From: the human T2T-CHM13v2.0 reference genome, Homo sapiens
Length of the DNA stretch: 64,000 bases
NCBI RefSeq assembly: GCF_009914755.1
Contig: NC_060927.1
Direction: 5' to 3' (one strand)
Position numbers and translations under genes: made by a program
The notes under the pieces: generated by a model
Seen by the model: only the letters and a program-made list of their open reading frames with translations
Databases searched by the model: none
Told to the model about the DNA's origin: nothing
Shown: positions 1-12,383 of the stretch, in pieces
How positions within the stretch are numbered: the first letter of the stretch is position 1
Layout of the letters: every line of letters starts with the position of its first letter

Positions 1-203
1 AATAGATTCTAAAGGACAAATAATTGAAATATTTTTGAGCTTACACAGTCAGGAAAAGATAAAATACTAGTATATACTTTCTGAAATTTTAAGGAAAATT
101 GCAATATTGTGCACTCGTGTATGTATACGCCAGATGTATAGATATATGCCAATTTTTGCCAGATTTGTAATACGATAGTTTTAATTTCAGAAGACCAGGA
201 CTG

Positions 204-415
204 TGGAACAATATAATATTAATATATTTCATAATAATAGACCTTGAATTTTCTTTTACTCCTTGTCTGTTCTAGTAGTTACACTGTTAGAGGCTGGAAC
301 AATATAATATTAATATATGGAACAATATAATATTAATATATTTCATAATAATAGTCCTTGAATTTTCTTTTACTCTATGTCTGTTCTAGTAGTTACATTG
401 TTAGAGGCTGGAACA
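204..415. repeat. Local tandem duplication (91-bp unit, 23-bp partial unit, 91-bp unit)
   Basis: tggaacaatataatattaatatatttcataataatag...gttagaggc occurs at 204-294 and 318-408 with few substitutions; the partial copy tggaacaatataatattaatata lies at 295-317. Confidence 0.95.
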
Positions 416-2434
416 CATGTGACAGCGTTCCTCCCAATCATTTGGGAACACAGATGTCTGTTAACTAATAGGGGTCATTTTAAGAAATGGCTGGGCCAGA
501 ACAACAAAACCTTTTGTGCAAACATATATTATGAGTGCATCTGTTCTGAAGATGTCATAGAATTCTCTCTAGTTATCTGCTAAACTGAAGACAGAGAAGA
601 TACAAATTTATAAGGGAAGCAGGAGTATCTCAAAAGTTTTAGCCATGGTTTCAAGTGTAGCTTCCATGACTTTTGCGGGAATTTGAACAGGTTATTTAAC
701 TCCTTGTTCACAGTTTTCCAATAAAATGGTGGACATGAATAGTATCTATATGCTATAGATAGGGTTATTGGGAGAATTGAATGAGATAATCCTTGGTAAG
801 CTTTTAGGACAGGACCTGGCATGTCGGTTCAATAAGAGAGGGTTATCATTACTGACACCAACAAATGTTTGCTCTTGTTATTGTTTACAAAAAGAAAAGC
901 AGTTCTGACTTGAGTTATACACGGACGCTCTGGATGAAAATTGGGGTTAATTAGAATTGGAATTGTGGAAGTTTGCTTCAGAACTTGTGCACCTCCCTTC
1001 TGGTTTTTGCTCCCTTGTCAAGAACTGTGGTTTCTTATTGGGTCTTGTGAAGTCCTTAAGTCTCAGAAGGCAACAGTTGGGACTTAAGCAAACAGGGTCC
1101 TAGTAGATATATATTCATTTGTATTTGTGCCAAGCCTTTTAAGATGCCCTAAAATCTTGCCAAGAATTGGGTTTTCCAGAGTTCTATCAGCTCTGAGAAT
1201 TTGAAAACCAATGTCTAGGGCATGATGGGATATTTGATAACTAGACCAATGTGCAGCAGATAATGTTCCCCAAAGATCAGCAAAATCTTAGATCAAGCTG
1301 TGGTTGACGCTTCTGTTCTTAATTGAAATGCTTCTGCTTTAAAGGCTAGCAATGGCCTTCACTAGGAACTGATAGCATATCATGTGGGAAAATGATAAAT
1401 TGCACATGAACTTTTTCATCTTTAGATAATTATGGTTTAATTTTTATTGTTTATGTGCAACAATATGGATGAAATTGTATCTTCCCAGCAGCTGGTTTGA
1501 GTATTTTTTCTAACAGAGGAAATATGCCCTTTGCTGAGAAGATGCATTCAGCCAGCTGTGGAGTAGGAGACAGTATGGGGCTGGGACAAGATTTCATACA
1601 GAAGAAAGAAGTGACTCTACATTTATATGAATTAGGAGCTGGAGTCAGGACGAGGGGCCACGGGAGACTGAGAGGCTACATGGGGAAAAAGACGAGAGAC
1701 AGCAGGAAACCCACTGGTTACTTGGAAAAGAGCCCTGATGTAAGAGAATGTCTTGTGGGTTTTTTTTGAGATAAACACTGTGGGCTCTGAGATGAAAGCA
1801 TCCTCTCTCTCTTTCACATAAAAACTTCCATAGAATTTACATTGCTCACCAAAGCTCATGGGTGGAGTAGATTCTTTCTGGAGAATGCAGAGGTGCTGTG
1901 TCTGCCTCAAACTGGGTGTCAGGAAAAAACAGAGCCTGAGTGGGAAGAAACCGACATATGGTACACACAAGAGGCGCATGCTAATTGTGGAAAAATGAGA
2001 AAATATGGGGGAGTCCAAGGAAGGAAAAAATATCCAGATTTCTACCAGCCCAAGATAGCTATTGTTAATGTGTTGATGTCGTCTGGTTCTTGTTCTAGAT
2101 TATTGTGCACATTTGTGTCATTCTATTATATTTTTCTCAAAAGAAAATGAGATCCATACAGTATACACTGCTTTATAATTCTTTTCATTTGCTTGACAAT
2201 ATGCTGGGGTCATCTCTCTAACTGTAGGGTATCGTTGGTAGAGGCTAGAATATTGATACGCAAAACATTGGTTTCCAAGCTTTTGTAGTTATAACTATTG
2301 GTCTGATAAACATCCTGAATAGTTAAATCTTGTACACTTATCTGATTATTTCCTGCATATACATTTCCCTCCTCCCTTTCTTTCTCCCATCCATTTATCC
2401 AATAGATGGGAGGAAGACATCAACAAACAGTTGC

Positions 2435-2825
2435 TGTCTTAGCTTGGGCTACTATAACAAAATACCATACACTGGGTAATTTTAACCACAGACATTTATT
2501 TCTCTCATTTCTGAAGGCTGAAAAATTCAAGATCAAGGTGTTGGCAGATTTCGGGCCTCTTCGTGGCTTGCAGATGGCCACCTTTTCACTAAGTCCTTAT
2601 GTGACAGAGACAGAGAGAAAAGAGAGAAAGACAGAGGGAGGGAGAGAGGAAGAGAGCTCTCATCTCTCTTCCTCTTATAAAAACATTAATCCTGGGGGCT
2701 TCAACCTCATGCCCTCATCTAAACCTAATTACCACCCAAAGGCTCTGCTTCCAAATACCACAACATTGGGAGTTGGGGATTCAACCTATAAATTTTGGGG
2801 GGAAATAAACATTTAGTTCATAACA
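2435..2825 (-). mobile_element. MaLR solo LTR, MLT1A-like
   Basis: tg...ca termini; 5-bp TSD gttgc at 2430-2434 and 2826-2830; the reverse complement resembles the MLT1A start (tgttatgaactaaatgttt...cccccaaaattt). Confidence 0.85.
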
Positions 2826-2830
2826 GTTGC

Positions 2831-3200
2831 TGAATGTTTCCTCGGTGTTGGGCTGTGGGTGAGATTCTGGGGTTACAGATCTATTCCCCTTCATGTGGAA
2901 GACATAGGCAATAATCATATAGCCACACAGAAAGAATGTTAAAGTAGCAGTTGCAACAAGCACTATGCCAAAGAGATACATGACTCCATGGGGACCTAGA
3001 GCAGGAGATTTTGTTAATTTAGGCAAGTTATGAAGACTTCCCTGAGGAAGTGACACTTGAGCTGGAATGTGAAGGATGAACAGGAAACAATTAGGTAAAG
3101 AGAGAAAGGAAGAGGACCAGAGGGAGAAGGAACAGTAGGTAGTCTTAAGGGCAGCAGGGAATTTTCTAGAGCAAAGGACTAAACAATGGTCAGTATTAGG
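2831..3200 (-). mobile_element. L2 fragment (host of the MLT1A insertion)
   Basis: L2-like motifs gaagacttccctgaggaagtgacacttgagctg...gaaggatgaacagga. Confidence 0.6.
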
Positions 3201-4116
3201 GGAGCAGGCACAGCCAGAAGGTTGAAAGAATTGCTGGTTGAAAGGATACAGTAATTCCAGGTCTTAGTTTAAGTAAAAAGTTAAGTAAAAAGTAAAAGTA
3301 AAATGTTAAGAAACATACCATATTTAATTATATTACATTTAAAATGCCCCATTGAGTTTTAAACCATTCTAAGGAGCAAATTTAAATATGGGATAATGGA
3401 TATGGTATTGAGAAGGTTGAGTAAACCCGCATGAATCTGCAAAAACATATAAGAAATACCACTCTACAGTGTTTGTGACTCCTTTTTATGGTCCATATAT
3501 AAGATCTCATCTGGTTGGGCTTAAAGGAGACATCCATATCACCAGCTCAACAGATCAGCAGAATAACCAGACGGCCCCTCACATGGGGTAGGCTTCATCA
3601 AAGAACCATTTTGCCGCCACTAATCCTGGCCTGAGTCTCCTCTCAGTCGGATAAAAATATGGTATCTACAGAGCAGAACAATGTGGGCTAAAGGCAAGAA
3701 TGCTATCGCTGAGCTGACAAAACTCCATGATATTCTTGGACAGGGTGCTGAATTAGAACACATTTTCATGAAAACTTCCATTATTTTTTGACATGGGTAT
3801 TTGTTGACACTCCTGGTGAGGCTTCTAAAGAAAATATCACTTCCTAGTCAAACGCAATACTTGGCAATCACATTGCTTTGCTTCAGGGCTGGTCCTAGCT
3901 CATACAGACCCTTTGTGTGAATTAGAAAATGGCATCCCCATGGCAGGTACTTGGCATAGTGATCTTATATGTTGTCAGTGTGGATAAGGAAAAGATAAGC
4001 CTTCTCCCACTCCATCAGTGTGGCGTCACACTGAGATGTATGGCTTAACAAGGGGGACTGTAGGCTGCACTTCAGCTTCACTTGGCCCCATATCTGGGGA
4101 CCTCTGTGCCAGGCAC

Positions 4117-4725
4117 AATAAAGAGAAAGAAAAAGCCAGAGAAGTATCTGCAAGCAAGAGTTGTATTTCTAGCGGAGCAGAGATAAACACAGTAAGAAAA
4201 CAGCAGAAACTGTAAATGAGCGGTGTCCTTAATCATAACTAAATTTGCTGAACTTCCTTGTGGAAATAAGACATCAGTTGTACAATATGACATAATTGTC
4301 ATCAGTGTGAAAGATAAGACCGGGTTATGTATTGGATCAGATATTGGAAAGTGGTCCTTCTGTCCTGTGCTCATTGTGATGCAAGGCATGACTGTGAGGT
4401 TGCTCGCCTCATCTCTTATTTTGATGATTTTTCACAGGAAAATTGAAAAATAAAAAAGCAATATTTGCAAACTACCTCCTTGTTTATATGCTTTCCAATA
4501 CTTGATCCAATATGTAACCCAGTCTTATCTTCCATACTGATGACAATTAGGCCATATTGTACAACTGACGTCTTATTTCCACAAGGAAGTTCAGCAAATT
4601 TAGTTATGATTAAGGACACCGTTCATTTACAGTTTCTGCTATTTTCTTATAGCGTTCATCTCTGCTCTGTTAGAAAAACAACTCTTGAATGCAGATACCT
4701 CTCTGGCATTTTCTCTCTCTTTATT
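4117..4725. repeat. Long inverted repeat: 235-bp arms (4117-4351, 4491-4725) with a 139-bp spacer
   Basis: Manual alignment gives about 24 substitutions and no indels (~90% identity), with a perfect 52-bp core at 4221-4272; the mirrored ORFs 4223..4453(+) and 4416..4619(-) both begin MSLIITKFAELPCGNKTSVVQY. Confidence 0.98.
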
Positions 4726-5553
4726 CTTGGTCTAGAAAGGCCCCAACTTACAGCTCTTTATGCCTTCAGAAAGTCCAAACTGGTACCAATTGGGTATAAA
4801 GGGAACATGCTTAGTTTTTGAAATTTTTTTTAAATGTAGTTTTAGTTGCTGAATAACTTAGGGGGAAACAAACAAAATGGTTTACTAGAAAGGCTCTCCC
4901 CGCAAACCACTGAGCCCAGGGAAAATTATCAGTGGTAATGGAGAAAAATACTGTGCTCAATTGAATCAATTTTCTTTTGTTTCTGAATTGTGCTTCTCAA
5001 GTATATAGTCAGTATGCCAAATATTGGCCCAATTTAGGCCAACCATTAAATGAAGCCTGGCACCAAATTTATAACAATTGTTCAAGAAAACAAAGCTAGC
5101 TGGTTCCTCCCAGTGAGAATTTGTGGATATGATCTCAAAAAATTCCAGACATACACAATTCCATTGAAACTTATTCTACCCATGGGTTTCTTTTGAGCTT
5201 CGATGCTACTTGAATCATTCTTTAGCTCTTTATTTATATTGCTTTTTTCATTAGAACACTGTGTTTTTCACTTGGAGGGAACATGATCTTTTGCTCTCAA
5301 ATCCGTTTTCAAGACAAACAAAATGAGATTCCTCACTCAAAATGTGCCAAGTTTTCTTGGGCATAAAAGCAAAAAGAGAAAGAAAGAAAAATACGTACAG
5401 TAACAATTATTCAAAGCAGGATGAGAGACAACGTAGGAAGCAAACTCAAAAAGTGGCAGAAGGTGGGTGAGGGTTGGTACCCTAGGGGAGCTCAGAAGCT
5501 TCACCTAAGAATTAGGGTTCATCAATGATTTCACCCCATAAACACCAATTCTT

Positions 5554-6010
5554 CTATCTTGTTCAGGAAATGGTGATTATGGTGCAAAACAAACCACCTG
5601 AAATCTCAGTGGCATGCAGCAATAAGCACTGATTTCTTCCTCACTGGACTGTGGGGTTGGCAGGCACAGGTTTGCTTCTGGTGGTGGGTCTGAGGGTCAG
5701 CTGGGGTGGCCCTGCATCAGGTGAGGGCAGGCCAGGCTGAAAAGGCAGCAGCTACCTAGGGCATATTCTTCTTCATGAAGAAGGCAAGAAACTGCTGGAG
5801 GTCCAAATGGAAACCCTTGAATCCTCTTAAACCCTGTACTAAGCACTGGCACATGGTCACTCCACCCTGGTTAGCCTCTCTGCCTTAATTGGCCAAACTG
5901 AGCCAGCTGACCAAACCTAGGATCAAACGGCAAGGCTAGGGGTGGGGCTGAGGGGAGAATATTCCTCCCTTAGAGGGGGATGAGGAGTAAACGAACTAGA
6001 ATTTGCCACA
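5554..6010 (-). mobile_element. Old MaLR LTR (MLT1J/K-like)
   Basis: aacaaaccacctgaaatctcagtggcatgcagcaataagcactgatttctt resembles the reverse complement of an MLT1 3' end; ends in gccaca. Confidence 0.6.
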
Positions 6011-6141
6011 ACTAGATTTCAAGTTACAACTGTATTTCTATTTTTTAAATTTGTAAAATAAGGCTTTGGACCATATAGGCAGAGAAAAATCTATCCTGCC
6101 AAAGATCAAATCAGGAAACAATGTTTATGAAACTACCCATT

Positions 6142-6864
6142 CATTATTTTTTATGGGCAAATAAAAATTGTATATATTATTGTGTACAACATGTTTTAGC
6201 ATACGTATATATGGTGGAATGACTGAATCAAGCTAGTAAACATAACTGTTGCCCCACATACTTATCAACTTTTTTGTAGTGAGCACATTTAAAATCTATT
6301 CTTGGCAGTTTTCAAGTATAGGATACCTCGTTATTAACTGTGGTCCCATATTGTAGAATAGATTTCTTGAGTTTATTACTCCTGTCTAACTGAAATTTGG
6401 TATCCTTTGACCAACATCTCTCCAAAAGCACCTCCACCATCCCCAGCCCTGGGTAACCATCATCCTGCTTTCTGTTTCTATGAATGTGATGTTTTTAGAT
6501 TTCACAGATAAGTGAGATCACACAATTTTTACCTTTCTGTGCCTGACTGATTTTGCGTAACACAATATCCTTTAGGTGCATCCATGATGCTGCAAATTAT
6601 AGGATTTCCTTCTTTTTAAGGCCAAATAGTATTCCACTGTGTATATGTACCACTATACACAGTGGTACCTATACTATATTATCCATTAATACATATATTA
6701 TCCATTAATCTGTCGATGGGCACTTAGGTTGATTCCATATCTTGGTTATTGTGAATAGTGTTGCAGTGAGCTTTGTGGGGAGGATATCTCTTTGACATAC
6801 TGATTTCATTTCCTTTGGGTATATTCCCAGAAGTGAGATTGCTGGGTCATATGGTAGTTCTATC
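6142..6864 (-). mobile_element. 5'-truncated L1 (L1MA-like 3' end)
   Basis: L1 3'UTR/ORF2-end motifs (gatgggcacttaggttgattccatatcttggttattgtgaatagtg); TSD aactaccc at 6131 and 6865. Confidence 0.9.
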
Positions 6865-7110
6865 AACTACCCTTTTTAAAAGTCAAAATTAAATAAATTT
6901 GATGATCTCCATAAAAATGATAGATTAAGTATATCATTAAATATCAGAATGTCAATGAGAAAATTGTCATTGCTTTTTAGCTTCTCAAATGTTTCTATTG
7001 CAGCCTATTTGAGAAGTAGCCACCACGCTGAGGCAAATGTGCAAAGCTATCCAGGTTGCATGTAACAATTTCTCACTCTCACCCTGGGGTTTTTTGTCAT
7101 TGAGCTAAAT

Positions 7111-7465
7111 CAGGGGGTTAACAAAAGTTGGCTGGTAGCCAAATCTGGTAACCACCAAATCTGGCCCACTGCCCGTTTTTGTACCACCTGTGTGCTAGAG
7201 ATGCTTTTAACATAGTTGAATGGTTGTAAAAAACACAAGAATATAATCTGTGACATGTGAAAAGTATATGAAATTCAAATTTCAGCGACATAAAAAAGCT
7301 TTATTGGACCACAGCCATGCTCATTTGTTTACGCATTGTCTCTGGCTGCTTTTGTGCTACAGCTGCAGAGTTGAGTAGCTGGGACAGAGACCGTATGGCC
7401 CACAACGCTGAAAATATTTTCTGTATCTTTACTGGCCCATTATAGGAAATCTTTGCCAATATCTG
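7111..7465. mobile_element. MER58B-like hAT-Charlie non-autonomous DNA transposon
   Basis: cagggg...ctg termini; internal tttattggaccacagccatgctcatttgtttac; 8-bp TSD agctaaat/gactaaat. Confidence 0.85.
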
Positions 7466-7786
7466 GACTAAATGATTCCCCCAGATACAAAATGTCATAA
7501 TTCTAGATGGTTCTTAAAAGGTTTGAGACTGAACATTTTTGTCCCATGAGACAGAGGTGAACAGAATACTTGATGCATCCGTTTGCCTCCTTGAGTCCAC
7601 ATTCTGAGAAAGCAGGAAACGCAGATGAAATGGTCCGTGACACTCCCTTAACACTCTCTGCAGAATGCAACTTGGATCTGCCATTTTCTGTAACGAAGAT
7701 GGAAATGGCTCCTTTCTGTCTCCTCAACAAAATTTCACACTGTGCTTTTTAGGTATGTTTTATCACTTGTTATAATTAAAGACTCT

Positions 7787-7986
7787 GGCTGGGCTTATAA
7801 CTGTAATCCCAGCCCCTTGGGAGGCCAAGACAGGAGGATCACTTGAGCCCAGAAATTTGAGACCAGCCTGGGCAAGATAGTGGGAGCCCAGGAAGTTGAT
7901 GCTGCTGTGAGCTGTGATCACTGCACTCCAGTCTGGGCAACAAAGCGAGACCCTGTCTCGAAAGTAAGTAAATAAATAAATAAAAA
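7787..7986 (+). mobile_element. AluJ-like with internal deletion (left monomer fused to distal right monomer)
   Basis: Alu motifs ggaggatcacttgagcccag and cactgcactccagtctgggcaac; (taaa)n tail; linker and start of right arm are absent. Confidence 0.9.
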
Positions 7987-8771
7987 TCAAAATTCAACTA
8001 TTCAATGGTTTATGTAGCATGTCTCCATGTCATCTCCATTTATGTCTCATATTGAATTTTGAGTAATGCCAAAAAAATCTCTGCAAGCTCCTCCATGGAC
8101 ATTTATTTACGTTCATGGTAGTTTATGCTGACAATTTATTTTCTGCCTATTGTTTTCCACACACTTTTAAAAAACCTTTGCAAGCTTAGATTTTGATTTA
8201 ATTTTGGTTTTATAAAAACAAATGTCATCCCACAAGGGGAGATAACTCTTGTTATAAACACACGTGTGGAGGATTGTAAAACTTAATGAAATTCACAACC
8301 CAACGTTATAATAAGATGGCCTCAGGACAGAAACAATCTAATCAGCCTCCAGTGAGTCACAGATGATCAGCTAGAATCGTACACAGGTGGCTGAGGGCAC
8401 AAGGCCGTTGGCGTCTTGCCTCACAACGCACAGGGGACATGCGTTTTATGACCTAACTCTGCTTGCCCTGTCCCGCTTTATTGTTCGCATATTTTTGTCC
8501 AAACCTGCCCTGGCAATGTAGCTGCACTGAAATTACAGTTTGCAAATCACACTCATTAGGAAAAGTTTGCAAATATTTTACTGCCTGAAAAAGGACCAAT
8601 TCTTTTGCAAAGCAGCATCCAGATGAGGTAAGACTCAAGTTTTGGGATCTCTGGCTGAGTTTGCAGCTTTGAAAAGGAGCACAAAGAAACAATTACCCCT
8701 TTTCCTCTCCTTATTTGCCTTCAAGTCTTCTTTAGATAATTCTGTGAAAGAATAGAAAGTATTTTCTACAA

Positions 8772-8889
8772 AGCTGAGCATGGTGGCTCACGCCTGTAAT
8801 CCCAGCAGTTTGGGATGCCGAGGTGGGAAGATCATTTGAGTCCAGGAGTTTGAAAACTGCCTGGGCAACCTAGCAAGACCCCGTCTCTA

Positions 8890-8923
<34 letters not shown>

Positions 8924-9055
8924 AACTGGGCTTGGTAGTGCACACGGGAGGATCACTTGAGCACCGGAGATTAGGCTGCAGTGAACTGTGATCATTCCAC
9001 TGCACTCCAGCCTGGGCAACAGAGAGAGCATGCCTTAAAAAAAAAAAAAAAAAAA
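8772..9055 (+). mobile_element. AluJ-like with expanded internal A31 linker and a right-arm deletion
   Basis: Alu 5' end, A-run at 8891-8921, poly(A) tail, degenerate TSD aagtattttctacaa/aagaattttttacaa. Confidence 0.92.
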
Positions 9056-9594
9056 GAATTTTTTACAATTTGTACCGCATGCTTTGAGTTGAATGGAGTC
9101 ATTGAGAAAGTTGGCATGACTTTTAGTTAATAAAATATAAACATCTGAGCAGTTTTGGAAAGTAGCAATATGGAGAAAGATTTTTCAATCTTTCATCCTC
9201 AAATTAAATTGTGAGCTCTATCGCAAATCATGGTAGGTGCTATAAGGTCATTAAAACTAACCAGGGGGCCATTTACTGTACTTGATTATGCACTATTATG
9301 CACTAATATTAAGCAAGACAAGTGAGAAGCAGGAGCACATTCTAAGATAATGCAGACTTTTTTATGGCATTGACTGATGCTAAAAGAGGAAAATGGATGC
9401 ATTCATCAGCCACGTGAAACTGTAGGTGACAGAAAAATGTGCTTTGCAAATAAGTGTGTAAATAGTATTTCATTATTTTGAGAACAAATAAAGTACTTGG
9501 GTTTTTTGTATCACACCAACTATGGCACAACCACTACCAGCAACTTCCTCCAAGGACATCTACAGTCCTTGTTATGATGGCCTGTAGACAGCAA

Positions 9595-9840
9595 GTGGTG
9601 AAGAGTAAACTCTGGAACGAGGGCACCAGGGATTGACTCCTGGTCCACCATGTATGAACTCTGCGACGTTGGGGCAATGCAGTTAACACCTCTGTGGCTC
9701 TGTCTCCTTTGTAGAAAGAAGAGATAATAACAGTACCTGCTCATAGGGTTATGGTGTTGATGTAATGAGTTTATCCATGAAGAGAGCTTAGCACAGCTCC
9801 TAGCACATAGTAAGTGTTTGATTGATGTTAGTTATTATCA
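9595..9840 (+). mobile_element. MIR
   Basis: MIR core (ttggggcaatgcagttaacacctctgtggctctgtctcctttgtagaa...gataataacagtacctgctcatagggtt). Confidence 0.8.
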
Positions 9841-9929
9841 ATACAGTTATTTGGTAAATATGTTTATTCATCCACCTAGAACTCTATAATCATAACGTTA
9901 TCTAAGAAGAAGAAAGAGGTGTGAGAACT

Positions 9930-10120
9930 AACATTTATTGAGTACTGTGAGATAGGTCTTGGCTGATTGCTATTTATTATCTTATTAATTCTTTTTATGA
10001 TCTTAGGTAGTAGATACTATCTCCACAGATGATAAAACAAATTCTAAAAAGGCAAGAAACTCAGAAAGTGACCATCAGCTAAGTTAGGAGAGCTAGTGTC
10101 AGCCAACTACAAATCCATGC
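9930..10120 (-). mobile_element. MIR fragment
   Basis: aacatttattgagtact...ctatctccacagatgataaaac. Confidence 0.55.
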
Positions 10121-10998
10121 TTGGGCTTAAGGGTTGGGGATGTAGATTTAATTTCACCTACATCTCTTATAAACTCTCTGATCTTGGGCAATTTAACTTC
10201 TTTAAACTAAGTGGATACTGATAGACACTACCTCACAGATATGGCAGAAATATTAAATGAAATATTAATATGTAAATGTTTACCATAATACTCAGTACTT
10301 GAAAGATGGTAAAGTCAATAGCCTTAGTCATTATAATGTAATTTCTCTGTGTACTTGTGGCTCTGTGTTCCGCCATCCTGGCATTTGTCACATTGTTAAC
10401 CCACCCATCACCACTGTGGGAGTGAGAACGCTGTGTATTAGTGGTTACCCCAACCATATTGATCACTGCGTGTCCTCTGCTCCTGACACACAGGTTTAAT
10501 ACACATCAGGTATTCAAGAAACGCAATAAATGTTTGTTGCATGACTAAATAAATCCCTTTTTATATTTAAGTCATCCATCCTTGTGTTTACATTGAAAGT
10601 TTAAAAAGAACGCACAAGAACTGAAATTCAAAAAAAATTCTCCTCTTAATCTTAAGGGAACTTAGCTAAAGAAACTTATTCTGGTTCCTTCCTTAATTTG
10701 TCTCAAACAACTGATATCTTATGGACAACTCTAATAGGCCTCTTATCTCTCTTTTGCCCTGTAAATAAAGAGAAAGAGAGCGATCCATCGAAACAGGAAG
10801 TTATCATGGTCAACCTGGTACCTTAAAGACTCTGCCTAGTGTCACAGCCCCATCACCATCACTTTGTTACCACCATTAGCTCTTTCTCTGTGGAGCAAAC
10901 TATAACAAGACCTTATAAACAATATCTTCTTTAATCCTACCTGAAATTTATACATGAGAATTCTCATTCCTATTTTCTCAGGGGAGAAAAAGGAAGTT

Positions 10999-11948
10999 CA
11001 GAAAGGTTAAGTGACTTGCCCAAGTTCACACAGCAGGAATATGTCAGAGTAAGGGCTGGAGGACCACTTAATCTGACCCCCAAGGGGTGCCTGAGGTCAG
11101 TACCCCTTAGTATATCCCATTTTTAACCATTCTACAAATATTTATTGAGTACCTACCATTAAAGGAGTTGATTCTTTCTAAAGAGGTTAGAATAACATCA
11201 GGCACAGAATAAGTGCTGTGTGCCCTTGATAAATAAGTAAACAAATAAATAAGTCAGTCAGTAAGTTCTTGGCTTGATTGGAATATATCAGTGAACAAAG
11301 CATATCACCATCCTTGCTTTTGTGAAGCTTACATGTATGGAGGGAACAGAGTATGGTAGAAGGTCATACATTTGACGGAGAAAGTAGAGCAGGATAGAGG
11401 GGATCCATCAGGAATGTCCGTGGGGTTGTAGGTTGCAGTATTTAATTGGTGGTCAGGGTAGGACTTATTGAGAGGATGAAACCTGAGTAAAAAGTTGTGG
11501 CTATCTCAGGGAAGGGGGCTCCTGGCAGGAGAACAGCTGGAGCAAAGGCCTGAGGGGGACTGAGAAACAGTACATAGACCAGTGTGTCTGGACTGGAGTG
11601 AGCGGGGCTAGCAAGGCAGGAAATGAAGCCAGAGTGGGGACACCTGTGTAGGGTATCCTGGTCCTGGCTGCTTTACTTAGATCCCATCTTCTGACCCCTA
11701 TAGTCCAGGAATTTACAATTCCTTCTTGGGGCCAGTTAGAAAGTCTCAGTAACCCCACCCAATGCGTGACCCCTTCCAATGCTTGTCCCCACATGGCAAA
11801 CAAAGCCATATTTGTAGAATGGTTAAAAATGGGATATACCAAAGGGTACTGACCCCAGGTACACCTTGGGGGTCAGATTAAGTGGTCCTCCAGCCCTCAC
11901 TCTGACGTATTCCTGCTCTGACCTTGGGCAAGTCACTTAACCTTTCTG
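10999..11948. repeat. Inverted repeat: arms 10999-11141 and 11808-11948 with a 666-bp spacer
   Basis: Manual alignment gives about 9 substitutions plus one 2-bp indel (~92% identity). Confidence 0.97.
11266..11670 (-). mobile_element. L2 fragment (inside the inverted-repeat spacer)
   Basis: cagtgaacaaagca...gtggtcagggtaggacttattgagagg...gcaaaggcctgagg...ctggagtgag. Confidence 0.7.
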
Positions 11949-12383
11949 CTTGACACCTTTAGGGATGAGAGCATTAAGATAGAATGCTCAAGCATCAGCT
12001 GGTTGGCAGGGTCTGCTGGACCCATGGATATTAGATACCATAAAGGGGAAGGGTTATCTGGGGGACTGCATACCTGTAATATCTGTCAGCCATGCACAGA
12101 TATTGTAGGAGCCAAAACTGATTTGAAGAAAATGAACATGTAACTGAGGCAAGGGCTTTCTGGGAAAATAAAAAGCTGAGCATCAGCAACAGCCCCAAAG
12201 TAATTCATATTAAATAGATACATTTAATTCAATTCCATTTAATTTAATACAATTAAATCGCTATGTAGTAACTGCCTTCTATGTGCAAGTCACAGTGGGG
12301 AATACAAGAGAATTTTATGACAGGGAGTGAAATTTCAGGCATTTTGAAGTATTGGAAGGAGCAGTAATATTTGGATTTAAGAG

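Noticed and set aside
204-415. Repeated units resembling a CRISPR repeat-spacer array
   Set aside because: The intervening sequences are duplicated rather than unique, the context is eukaryotic, and there are no cas genes.
4078-4821. Paired ORFs with near-identical peptides on opposite strands (4223..4453/4416..4619; 4078..4389/4465..4821)
   Set aside because: These are a by-product of the DNA inverted repeat, with non-ATG starts or no recognisable domain. They are not paralogous genes or a toxin-antitoxin pair.
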